Below, piece by piece: positions 39,477 to 51,959 of a stretch of 53,798 nt of DNA (position 1 is its first letter; each line of letters starts with the position of its first letter). The DNA comes from Macrostomum lignano (lineage: Eukaryota). The notes below the pieces were generated by a model that did no database searches, was not told where the DNA came from, and was given only the letters and a program-made list of their open reading frames with translations. The stretch spans positions 1-53,798 of the forward strand of contig NIVC01001640.1 of NCBI GenBank assembly GCA_002269645.1, read 5' to 3'. The position numbers and the translations under genes are program-made.

Positions 39477-40345
39477 TCTTATAGTAAAAGCAACAAGATG
39501 ATTTCTGGGATAATGGCGTCCAATGACAAAGAGGCGTTCATGTCAGACGACGAATTCGGTGAGCTGAATAGCCCAAATTCGATAGATGCAGAGACGAAAG
39601 AGCTTTCCTGGAATGCTTTAATTGCTGGTCAAGATGTGCTGGAGACTGTAAACCAATTTCTATGGACGCCTAAACGGAATCCAGGAATGAGCCGCGTTTC
39701 ACTGCTGCGGCGTCCAGCAGTGGCAAGACCAAGCGGCAGCGAACGTATTGAGCGCTGGCGTGAGAGAAATGGGCGCGGTCGGAGATGTGGTGCTGCCCGC
39801 CGAGCCGCTGCTGCGCCGGCCCATGCGGATCTTCTGGGTGGCGCCAGGGACCGTGAGGGGAACATCGAGCGGTCCAGCCCCAGCCGTACCAAAGAACACA
39901 CTTAGGGTCGCACTCTCAAGGCAACCTGGCTTAGAGGGGCTCTGGCAAAGCTAGTGCTCATCTAAGCTGTGATGTCATTTTATCATTTTACCGCGCCGAG
40001 TCCGTACTCCGTACCAGGTGCAAGAGGAGCTGCTGCTGACACTGCAGGCGCCCTACCGCCGGAGACAATCGGGCACTCGGCGTTTCGTCGACTGCCTGCT
40101 GGCGAACGCCGGATTAGGTCCGGCGGCATGGCCTTTGTCGCAATTTGTTGAAATCGTATAAACTATGAAGGGCAATTAGCTAGTATCAAGTTTATTAGCC
40201 AACACAAGGCATTGTCATTAGCATAATGCAATAGGCTGAGCCATCAAGCCGTAAAACAATAGCTCGTACAACGCTTGGCTCGCCAGCATCGTTCGTGTGA
40301 GCCTGTGTCCCCGCTCGCGCCCCACACGAGGGTGCAAAATGCTAG
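39477..40345 (+). mobile_element. Possible non-autonomous Helitron
   Basis: 5' A|TCTTATAGTAAAAG (tentative); 3' GC hairpin GCGCCC-cacacga-GGGTGC followed by AAAATG-CTAG|T. Confidence 0.4.
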
Positions 40346-41482
40346 TCCTCTATACTAAAAATTATATTCCATATGTGCCATATAAATAAGTTCGAGTACC
40401 CATACACTAAGCTAGAAATGAATTCCTTGCTTCAAACGATAAAAAATAATCTGCAATCCTAAACGAACTATTTCGTATCTTCTTTTCGAAAAAAGAGAGT
40501 AAATACTTGATGACTAAAAATGTAGGTATAATAGCAAGAATCATGCTAATGAAGCGTATTACAAGAAGCTTTCATTCCAGCCTTGGTAAAATGTATTTGC
40601 TATATGCTAGAACCGAACAAACATTATTAATGGGTAGACAAAAACACTGCACGCAGTTGGTGACAGTCGCGTTGTTTGCCGGCTACAACGGATGATTATA
40701 AGCAGAAAATTTTACTTTTTTTAGACGTACCATTATATACACGGGAAACGAGCTTAGGAATGAAAAACACACATTAAAAAACATTGGAATGTTTCGCATT
40801 GGGCAGAATTACTCGTAAATTACACTCAGATAAAAGAAATCAGCACTAAAGCCTCTATAGGTCAATTATCAGGTATGGCTATTTCTCTTCAATCCCTTGG
40901 GACTTATGGCATTAGACACGATCGTGAATCAGCATTGCATCGACAAATACAAAAATTTGTTATGAAACATGATCTTCCATTTGATTTCACAATCTCACTA
41001 CTTGATTTCAATTACACTGCTGAAACAGAGGGGGTGCTGGAGAGACCTGAGGGTCCCTAACTGTCTATGGCCAAGCATAGTTTCTGTTCGCGCAGCACCC
41101 AGTGAGGATTTGCCATAGACAACAGTCTGGGCGGGCGTGAAGTTGGTGGTCTCGTGCCCGCTGGCTTTGCGCAGGAAAATCAATATACAGTCTTGTGGCC
41201 ATAGACTATTAATCTAATTTAAGTCTAATTTTGCATTCAAACAAATAATCATATGCTTAAATTCCACATACAGTGTAAGCAGCTTAAGTCAAACACACTC
41301 GATTAGATGCACCATCTCACTGCTAACGGTAAAACAAGCTTAAATAAGACATTAAGGTCAAAGTTTTACAGGTCTGCAATTATTTTAATTTAAGCAATAT
41401 TAGTAATAATAGGACTGACAGGAGCGCACGCACAAAGAAGGTAATTATTTTGTCAGGAAAAACAAAGGTCTATCATTCGAGC

Positions 41483-44400
41483 TCAATAGCCGCCGCCTCC
41501 GGGCATCCGATAGTCCTTGCCCGCCTGCTTACGTACCATCTTCATGTCCTTGTTAATAGTGACGATCAGGGCCAAACTGCTGATGATGCCAATTATCTGG
41601 AGGGCATGGGGAAATGTCAAAGGCTTATTTTCACCATTTGATATTCTCATCAGACAATTCCAGTGTTTATTAGTGAAGCTGTTGAAATTTCAAATTTGAA
41701 ACTTCTTTGAGGAGAAGGAAGCTTCATTCACGAAATAGAAATCTATGAATATGGAATCTGTAAGTGCGGCACATGTGAATAAGGACGCTGGGACTACAGA
41801 GCGGGTCTGTGAATGTGATATCTGTTAATACACAGAACCTGTGGTTGCTAAAACGTTAAATCAGAATCTGTGAATGTGTAATCAGTGAATACAGGATCTG
41901 TGAACGGCGGAATATGTAAATGTGGAGTTCGTGACTGTGAAACCTGTAAATCAGAATCTGTGAATGTGTAATCGGTGAATGCAGAATCTGTGAGTCAGAC
42001 GTCTGTGAATGAGAAATATGTGAATCCGGATTCAGTGAATGCTCATTTGGTGAATAAAGAATCTGTGAATGGAAAATATGTGAACGCTAGGTCTGTGAGC
42101 TAATAAATGTGTGAACATATAGTCTGCCACTACAGAGGCTATAAATCATAATATGTGAATCAGCAATGTTGTGAGTAAAGTTTCAATGCAAAAAATTGAC
42201 GCATGGAACTTTAAAAAATCTTAACTCTTGAATAGATAATATCGAATTAATATAAAATAACTAATAATCAACTATGTTTAATAATTGTGAGCTCAAATTC
42301 TCACCATAATGATGAACAGAGAGAATCCAATGTAGCCCAGGAAGTTGCTGTAAAAGCCCATCACCTCCGCTCCGGCTTGGAAGCAGCCCTGCACGTGTGT
42401 GTGAAAAGGTGTAGAAAGTTGTGATAAAAACTGCTACAAACTACTGTCAGTAGAAATATAGGATTATAGGATTAAAAATACCTACAAACTACTGTCAGTA
42501 GAAATATAAAGAATAAAAACTGCTACAAACTACTGTCAGTAGAAATATAAAGAATAAAAACTGCTACAAACTACTGTAAGTAGAAATACAGGAATAAAAA
42601 CTGCTACAAACTACTGTCAGTAGAAATACAGGAATAAAAACTGCTACAAACTACTGTAAGTAAAAATGCAGGAATAAAAACTGCTACAGTAAAAATACAG
42701 GAATAAAAACTGCTACAAACTACTGTAAGTAGAAATACAGGAATAAAAACTGCTACAAACTACTGTAAGTAAAAATACAGGAATAAAAACTGCTACAAAC
42801 TACTGTAAGTAGAAATACAGGAATAAAAACTGCTACAAACTACTGTCAGTAGAAATACAGGAATAAAAACTGCTACAAACTACTGTAAGTAAAAATACAG
42901 GAATAAAAACTGCTACAAACTACTGTAAGTAAAAATACAGGAATAAAAACTGCTACAAACTACTGTCAGTAGAAATACAGGAATAATAACTGCTTCAAAC
43001 TACTGTCAGTAGAAATACAGGAATAAAAACTGCTTCAAACTACTGTCAGTAGAAATACAGGAATAAAAACTGCTAAAAACTACTGTAAGTAAAAATACAG
43101 GAATAAAAACTGCTACAAACTACTGTCAGTAGAAATACAGGAATAAAAACTGCTACAAACTACTGTCAGTAGAAATACAGGAATAAAAACTGCTACAAAC
43201 TACTGTCAGTAGAAATACAGGAATAAAAACTGCTACAAACTACTGTCAGTAGAAATACAGGAATAAAAACAAACTACTGTCAGTAGAAATATACGATTTT
43301 CCGAAACCGGGGTACTCACCTTATAGTTAACGGCATCGTTGAACGCTCCGCTAAGCTTGTTGGGCGGGCCATAGGGGAAGTACTGGCACTGCTCCTTGTT
43401 CCTGACTTTGCCGCTGGGCCACAGGGTGCGCGGGTCGATGAGGCTGAGGCAGCAGGACTCGGGCACGAATTTGTACAGCGGCGACCATTGAGGAATTCTG
43501 GAGCCGAGGTTGCGCGCATCGGCGTTGACCATCAGGTCCCACTGGCTGCCGATGTACAGCTGCCAGCCGTTGCTGTCCACCGCGCAGCAGCGAAGGTGCG
43601 TCTGCGATGGTTGCGAGGGGGGGCACTTGGGAATTGCTCAACCACTGAGCTGGACTCTCGGGATTGTTTTGAATGCATAATATGAGCGTGATAGGTTGGA
43701 CTTCCAAGTCTGGTAGATCAGAATCTCAAATCTGATAGACCAGACTCTCAAACCTGATAGACCAGACTCTCAAATCTGATAGATCAGACTCTCAAATCTG
43801 ATAGACCAGACTCTCAAACCTGATAGACCAGACTCTCAAATCTGATAGACCAGACTCTCAAACCTGATAGACCAGACTCTCAAATCTGATAGACCAGACT
43901 CTCAAATCTGATAGACCAGACTCTCAAATCTGATAGATCAGACTCAATCTGATAGACCGGACTCTGAAATCTGATAGACCAGACTCCCAAATCTGATAGG
44001 TCAGACTCAATCTGATAGACCGGACTCTCAAATCTGATAGATCAGAAGTCCTCAATCTGATAGACCGGACTCTCAAATCTGATAGATCAGACTCAATCTG
44101 ATAGATCAGAATCTCAAATCTGATAGGTCAGAATCTCAAATCTGATAGATCATACTCTCAAATCTGATAGGTCAGACTCAATCTGATAGACCGGACTCTC
44201 AAATCTGATAGATCAGACTCAATCTGATAGACCGGACTCTCAAATCTGATAGATCAGACTCAATCTGATAGATCAGAATCTCAAATCTGATAGGTCAGAA
44301 TCTCAAATCTGATAGATCATACTCTCAAATCTGATAGGTCAGACTCAATCTGATAGACCGGACTCTCAAATCTGATAGATCAGACTCAATCTGATAGACC

Positions 44401-46056
44401 GGACTCTCAAATCTGATAGATCAGACTCAATCTGATAGATCAGAATCTCAAATCTGATAGGTCAGAATCTCAAATCTGATAGATCAGACTCTCAAATCTG
44501 ATAGATCATACTCTCAAATCTGATAGATCAGACTCTCAAATCTGATAGATCATACTCTCAAATCTGATAGATCAGACTCTCAAATCTGATAGATCATACT
44601 CTCAAATCTGATAGATCAGACTCTCAAATCTGATAGATCAGACTCTCAAATCTGATAGGTCAGACTCTCAAATCTGATAGGTCAGACTCTCAAATCTGAT
44701 AGGTCAGACTCTCAAATCTGATAGATCAGACTCAATCTGATAGATCAGAATCTCAAATCTGATAGATCAGACTCAATCTGATAGATCAGAATCTCAAATC
44801 TGATAGGTCAGACTCTCAAATCTGATAGATCAGACTCAATCTGATAGGTCAGACTCTCAAATCTGATAGATCAGACTCAATCTGATAGATCAGAATCTCA
44901 AATCTGATAGATCAGACTCAATCTGATAGATCAGAATCTCAAATCTGATAGATCAGACTCAATCTGATAGGCCAGAATCTCAAATCTGATAGATCAGAAT
45001 CTCAAATCTTATAGATCAGAATCTCAAATCTGATAGGTCAGAATCTCAAATCTGATAGATCAGAATCTCAAATCTGATAGATCAGAATCTCAAATCTGAT
45101 AGGTCAGACTCTCAAATCTGATAGATCAGACTCAATCTGATAGATCAGAATCTCAAATCTGATAGATCAGACTCAATCTGATAGATCAGAATCTCAAATC
45201 TGATAGGTCAGACTCTCAAATCTGATAGGTCAGAATCTCAAATCTGATAGGTCAGAATCTCAAATCTGATAGATCAGACTCAATCTGATAGGTCAGAATC
45301 TCAAATCTGATAGATCAGACTCAATCTGATAGATCAGAATCTCAAATCTAACTTATCAGACACTCAGTGTGACAGAGTTAAAAGCAGCACTTCTCAAGCA
45401 TAAAGGATCACTAGACCAACCTGGATGGCATCCCAAGATTCCGTGATGAGCCGCGTCTTGCCATAGTGAATGGTGAGCGAGTAGCTCATGGTGTCCTTGG
45501 CAGTCTGGATCACCGTGGCCCTGAATATCACAGCCAGCAGGCTGCCAACAAAGGTGACCAGGGTGAGCACCAGCATGATGACCAGAAAGGCGATCAGACA
45601 GGCCTTGTTCAGCTTGTGAGCTCCGTAGGCGCCCAGCAGGCCGACGAAAGCAATAAGAAAGCCGGCAACAATGCACAGGTAAGCAGCGGCCAGGGCCACC
45701 ACACTGCCAATGATCTCGGAGATGAAGCCGCGGTCCAGCTGAATGTACACCCCGATGGCCACTAGGGAGCCGCCGAGGCACTGCAGAGCATTACGAAGCA
45801 ATGTTTGGTGTAATTAGAAATAGAGAAAATGCAAATATTTGAATTCAACTTACAAATGCAAACATAGCCACTAGGAACATGATCATCTTAGCATAGAGAG
45901 GCCTGTTTCGCAGCAGAATTGGTCTGAAATAATTATTTTATAACTTAATTATTTTATGAATTTCATCAATAATAAAGTATTTTAAACCACTTACTTTAGC
46001 TTCTTTTGCTGCACATCCTCTTCATACATTGGCTGTGGAGTTCCTTCACTATACAT
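41483..46056 (-). CDS. Tetraspanin, 323 aa; exons 46056-45995, 45923-45854, 45780-45421, 43601-43320, 42388-42305, 41596-41483
   Basis: Four TM segments; GLLGAYGAHKLNKACLIAF; WDAIQ|THLRCCAVD; PESCC; GCF before TM4. Splice phases are consistent; total 972 nt. Confidence 0.9.
41760..42170. repeat. Degenerate ATCTGTGAAT-core repeats
   Basis: Imperfect intronic repeats. Confidence 0.6.
42425..43292. repeat. 40-bp minisatellite (AAAAACTGCTACAAACTACTGTCAGTAGAAATACAGGAAT)n
   Basis: About 21 intronic tandem units. Confidence 0.95.
43710..45348. repeat. 20/22-bp minisatellite (CTCTCAAATCTGATAGATCAGA)n, ~1.6 kb
   Basis: Intronic tandem units with a self-complementary core. Confidence 0.97.
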
Positions 46057-48732
46057 GGCTGAAGGATGGCTAAGTCACAATTTTTGTGACAATATTTAGC
46101 ACAATATCATGCAATTAGAATAGGCAAATATTGCAAATGTAAAAATTACAATCATAAAAATTATTTGCTATTACTACTATTCATTATATTCATTATATGA
46201 AAGCTAGGCCTAATCTGAAAAAATATTTAAAAACTAAAACAAAAAATATTAAATATTAAGCTAATAAACAATAAACAAGATAGATAAGCAATAATTTGTT
46301 TTATCTGATTCATTTAAAACATTTTAATATTTAATGATTTGATTAAGATAAAAAATTACTTTCCTGCAGAAATTAGTTTAAGAAAATTATTTTTATAAAC
46401 ACAATCCTAATTTTCATTGCATTTAGGATTGTGTACATGCAAGATTTTAGCAATAAAAAAGCAAAATATATTATGATATGATTAATACCAATTAAGAATC
46501 CAGTTGCAGTACCTAACTCTTCTAAAAAGCTAGAAGAACTAAAGCCAATTATCAGTCCCTTAGTTCTAGGTTCTAGCCCTTAAGTCTCTATCAAAACCAA
46601 ATCTCTATCAATGATAATATTAGAAAAAAATTTAAGAGCTTTGAATTTCATTTATTTAAACACTTTTATCACTGATAATTTTGGCAACCTATTCAGGAAG
46701 AAGATTATAACTAAATTTTTAGTAATGGGGGGGGCTGAAAACTTTCCACAAACTAAAAGGCATGTCATTGTCTTGACTTATTCAAACTTATAAGTACAAA
46801 TTTAAAAAGGTCACTTCCTGCTTCTTGGCATTGTAGTTATAATGTAGCCAGTTAAATATTTCGGAAACATTCAAACATTTTCTGAATATCTTTGATAACT
46901 GAATAAAAAACGAGCTAAAAGTAATACACCATGCCATGATTAGTTCCTGAAATATATATATAGACAATTGTATATTGAAATTGAAAACTTAATTGTAATT
47001 AACTACGGATATAAACTTGCAATTAAATTTATTCTCTGACACAAATAGTGTGCACTTATTTTGCTTTTTTATTGTAAAGTTATTTTTAACAACAAAAAAT
47101 AGCTATTTTTACAGTTTCTTATTATCTATTAGTCAAAAATATAAACAGTATTAGTTTTAATAGCTGCTGCCGTTGTAAGAATTGCAACACCGTGAGTTGC
47201 TAGATTATACAAAAAGCAAAGTTAAAGAAAACAATTGCCCTAATTAGATGTCAGAAAAAAATAAAAAATAATGCTTCTTTCTACATTACCGCTCTGACCT
47301 CTGACTGTTAACCAATTCACTTTTATTAAACAATAGTTTAAACTTCAGAAAGTTCATTCTCGAAACGGTAATAAATTATTTGCGAAAATTCAAAATTACT
47401 GAAAATAGTTTTTTAATTTAGATCTTTCGAAATTTCAAGGCTTATTTATGTGAGCTGAGTTTATCATTCTCTAGAGATTAGATCTATATATAATGCTTGG
47501 GTCTATAATTTAGTTTTGATAGAAAATTTTTGTGAGTTTTTTAGTGCGTTTTATTTTTAACATTGCCCTTTTTGTTGCAAAATCTAAAAAACCGAATAAT
47601 TGCCTTTAGGGTGTATCAAAAATGAAATTCCCTTGTACATTGCTTGATTTGTTCAATTATAGGTATGTTTATTAAGTATTTAAATAATTTGTATGAGTTT
47701 ATCAAGCTTATTTATTGTGAATTTAATCAATTAAGTTTTAGGCCCTACAATTTATTCCAACTAATTCTATGAAGAGTACTATGCTACATAACAGAAAATA
47801 TAATTTGGAATATATCAAAGTCTTCTGCAGTGCAGCTTATAAAGCATCGCTTATAATATTCATTGATTTGTTTTTCTGCAAACAAATGCCAATGGCAGTT
47901 TATAGTTGAAAGTCATAGTGGATAGATAGAACTGATACATATGATAAATGATATTGTTGCTTTTAAAAATGACAATATATATGAATCTGTGTTCTCTTTT
48001 ATTAATTCTACAAGCGAGTTTTATTACTGAGCAGAATCTATGTTGTTTTACCCTTTCTATGAAATTATGATGTTCTTGTTTAAATTTTAAAACTCTATTG
48101 ATTTATTCTTGATTTTAATTAATATCTTAGTAAATAGAAAATAAAGTTATAACACTTGCTTGATTTTCTTCAAAAATTCTTTCTTACTGTTGCAGCATGT
48201 TGCTAATGTCTCTATATTGTCAGACATGCTAAATTTATGAAATAATTGTCTTATTTGATTTAAATTTAATGATATATGATGTTTTTTTGCAAATTTTTTG
48301 TTGATTTAGAAAGGAGCAAAGTTTAAAAATGAATAAATAGTTCACAAAAGCTAGTAATTCAAATAAATAAATTTCATAATTTTTAAGGCATTATTTTTTT
48401 TATCTTTTTTTCTGAAAAACTCGCATTAGTCCAATTATTATGTTGAATAATGAATACACATAGAAAATCTTATATGTACTATTTTGTTTGAAAGACATTG
48501 GATATGTCCCTGGTTTTTTTATTCCATGGCTCGAATTCTCAATTTATTGCATGCCTAAGCCCTGCAGTCTGTCTGAAAATTCCTGGCCCAACTTCAAATT
48601 GCAAGCAGTTGGCCACTGCAGATTCTGCAACACTGAAGTGGATGGCCTCACTAGCAAACTGTACATAGGCTAGTTGAAACAAACAGATATAAACATATAA
48701 ATAGAGTGAGAAATAGAAACAGCCTGAAAGCC

Positions 48733-49032
48733 ATGTGCGATGTGATGCCCACCATAGTTGAGGATGGCATTGTCGGGCCTACTGGTGGAGGAGACGGTGG
48801 CAACGGCGAAGGCGGCGGCGGTGGCAGCGGAGAGCGCGACTTCTCCCAGGAGGAGCTATCGGCAGCTGGCAACGTCGAGCAGCTGATGATCAGCATGTTA
48901 GATGAGCGCGACAGGCTGACGGAGGCACTTCGAGACGCGCAGGAGCAGCTGGGTCTGTCGCACCGGCGCGCGGAGGACCTGCAGCGGGAGAGGGACCAGC
49001 TGCAGCGTCAGCTGGACTCCAGCATGCCTAAG
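48733..49032 (+). CDS. PPFIA: Liprin-alpha first coding exon (gene continues beyond the window)
   Basis: MCDVMPTIVED...VEQLMISMLDERDRLTEALRDAQEQL...ERDQLQRQLDSSMPK matches the liprin-alpha N-terminus (MMCEVMPTI..; EQLMVSMLEERDRL..); donor GTTTGT at 49033. Confidence 0.9.
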
Positions 49033-49057
49033 GTTTGTCTTATTGGATGCGAAGAAA

Positions 49058-49738
49058 TCAAATGGCAGATTGTAAAATAGATACGGCAGATTTTGAAGTA
49101 GAAGTGGCGAATTGTCGAGTAGATATGGCAGATTGTAAAGTTGTAAGTGGCAGATTGTAGAGTAAAAATGGCAGATTGTAAAATAGATACGGCAGATTGT
49201 AAAGTAGAAGTGGCAGATTGTAAAGTAAAAATGGCAGATTGTAAAGTCAAATCGCAGATTGTAAAGTCTAAGTGGCAGATTGTAAAATAGATTTGGCAGA
49301 TTGTAGAGTAGAAGTGGCGAATTGTCGAGTAGATATGGCAGATTGTAAAATAGAACTGGCAGATTGTAGAGTAAAAATGGCAGATTGTAAAATAGATACG
49401 GCAGATTGTAAAGTAGAAGGGGCAGATTGTAAAGTAAAAATGGCAGATTGTAAAGTTAAATCGCAGATTGTAAAGTCTAAGTGGCAGATTGTAAAATAGA
49501 TATGGCAGATTGTAGAGTAGAAGTGGCATGTTGCAGAATAGAAATGACAGATTGTACAGTAGAATGGCAGATTTTAGAGTAGAAGTGGCAGATTGTAGAG
49601 TAGAAATGGCAGACTGTAGAGTAGAAGTGGCAGATTGTAGAGTAGAAATGGCAGATTGTAGAGTAGAAATGGCAGATTGTAGAGTAGAAATGGCAGACTG
49701 TAGAGTAGAAGTGGCAGATTGTAGAGTAGAAATGGCCT
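49058..49738. repeat. 21-bp minisatellite (GGCAGATTGTAGAGTAGAAAT-like)
   Basis: Tandem units in the liprin intron. Confidence 0.9.
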
Positions 49739-50114
49739 ATACTAATAGAGACAACCAATTCAAGGGTATAAATTATAAAAGTTGTCCAATGTTTTATTTC
49801 CATTTTTGACTAAGCTCTTATGTAACGCTTATCATTCCTTAGCCTAAAACTACAACATGAATCATAATAAAGGAAAGGCACACAGCAACCAAACTGGATT
49901 GGTTTATACAGCGTCCATCCATTTATCCACAGTCTTGATAACTCGCTATTAGCCTTACGCAGCGGTTCAGTCAGCCCGGCAGTCAAGTCCCCCAGCACCC
50001 TCTGGAATTGATGGGGAAAGCGCAGCCTCCCTCTCCGCACATGGCTGCCGCATGTTCCGTTCTGGTGCCGCCAGGTCAAGGTGTACCTTAGCAGGGATCT
50101 GGAGCAACAACTCT

Positions 50115-50392
50115 TGTCAGTCAGTCAGTCACCCACTCACTCAAGTCAGTCAGTCAGTCGCTCAGCCAGTCAGTCAGTCAGTCAGTCAGTCAGTCAGTCA
50201 GTCAGTCAGTCAGTCAGTCAGTCAGTCAGTCAGTCAGTCAGTCAGTCAGTCAGTCAGTCAGTCAGTCAGTCAGTCAGTCAGTCAGTCAGTCAGTCAGTCA
50301 GTCAGTCAGTCAGTCAGTCAGTCAGTCAGTCAGTCAGTCAGTCAGTCAGTCAGTCAGTCAGTCAGTCAGCCAATCAGACTCAGCCAGTCAGC

Positions 50393-50429
<37 letters not shown>

Positions 50430-50598
50430 AGTCAGTCAGTCAGTCAGTCAGTGAGTCAGCCAGTCAGTCAGTCAGTCAGTCAGTCAGTCAGTCAGTCAGT
50501 CAGTCAGTCAGTCAGTCAGTCAGCCAGTCAGTCAGTCAGTCAGTCAGTCAGTCAGTCAGTCAGTCAGTCAGCCAATCAGACTCAGCCAGTCAGCCAGC

Positions 50599-50659
<61 letters not shown>

Positions 50660-50755
50660 AGTCAGTCAGTCAGTCAGTCAGTCAGTCAGCCAGTCAGTCA
50701 GTCAGTCAGTCAGCCAGTCAGTCAGTCAGTCAGTCAGTCAGTCTGTCAGTCAGTT
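50115..50755. repeat. (CAGT)n microsatellite
   Basis: Interrupted tetranucleotide run. Confidence 0.98.
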
Positions 50756-51685
50756 TCAAGGGAAATTATTAAACATTTTACGCTCATCTATAACACAATA
50801 CCAAAAACTCTAAACTAGAAGCACAGTTTTGACCAAACAGCACATTGAATACGACAAGTCGAATAGTAAAAGGCGACACGCAAGTTTGCCAGATAATCCT
50901 GCGCCAGAATACTCGTTCCAAGATCTCCTTGGCCCGATCCCAGCCCCAGACGGCGAGCTTCTTTGATAGCTAAACTTTGTCCTACAGGGCCCCAGCCGTT
51001 CTGTGGAATAAATAAACACCAAAGTGCGCCTGCTTGACAGATAGGGAACAGTTTGAAGATGAGGCCTGGTTTTACCATTCCTGGGTGCTCGACTAGCAGG
51101 CCAGGGAAATATTTTTATTTGCTGAAATATGTTTTCTTTATACTGGTACCACAAGTCATTTTGCTAATCAGTCATCTATGCAAGTTTACCTTAGTCTTGT
51201 CACTTTTCTCTTTTGCTCATTTGAAATAGTTGCTAAAATTTATTTTGCGAATCTTGTCGAAATTTAGATGTTTATTACATAATTTTCGAACCTTAGGACA
51301 TATTTACACAGAAAAAAATAGGAATTTAGACAAATACAGACATTTTTTACTTACCTACTAGAAGTAGCATTGTTCGCAGTTGTTTAACATCATTTTTTTC
51401 TCTCTCTCTCCGTGTCCGCTATCCTCTGATCTGATTGGCTGAGAGTTCGATAAATAGCAGCAGCGACCTCTGCATTGATGAGAATTTGTTGAGCGATTAG
51501 TTCTTGCAGACAAATGCAGGATATATTTGAAGCTGCTAAATATGTCTGCCAAGTCTTTGTTGCCGTCATTGAAGTCTTCTCGGTCTCGATCGCAGCGTCG
51601 GCAAGTTCTAGCGGCTCTGGGCCGGCCTATGACTCCAGTTGCATCCGCTGAACTGCTCAGACAGGAAGGCAGCTCTAGCGACAAT

Positions 51686-51869
51686 GATATTAGTTATTAT
51701 TCTAATAGTGCTATTAATACTACTGATCCTTGTCCTAGCACTAGTAGTAAATGCTCGAACGAAACCTTATTGTACGAAGGAAACTTGCGGCATCCTCAGA
51801 GGACTGCCTTGGCAGTCAGCCAGCAAACCAGCTCGCCGAGGCGGCATTCGCTTGATGACCGGCAGGTAG
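51686..51869 (+). CDS. Candidate ~61-aa single-TM micropeptide nested in the liprin intron
   Basis: MILVIILIVLLILLILVLALVVNARTKPYCTKETCG...; upstream reverse CCAAT (~51432) and GATAAATA (~51449). Confidence 0.35.
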
Positions 51870-51959
51870 CAGCCAGCACTGATTAGCTACCTGTGGCCTG
51901 GCCTGTGTTCTTTGTTATGTGCCCTAGCTGTCAGCTCTTGATGCTGCACTCTCTTGTAG

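Noticed and set aside
50075-50115. VKVYLSRDLEQQLL as liprin-alpha exon 2
   Set aside because: There is a CAG acceptor and weak resemblance to LTKEL..EQLL, but it runs into (CAGT)n without a convincing donor and lacks the conserved downstream sequence.
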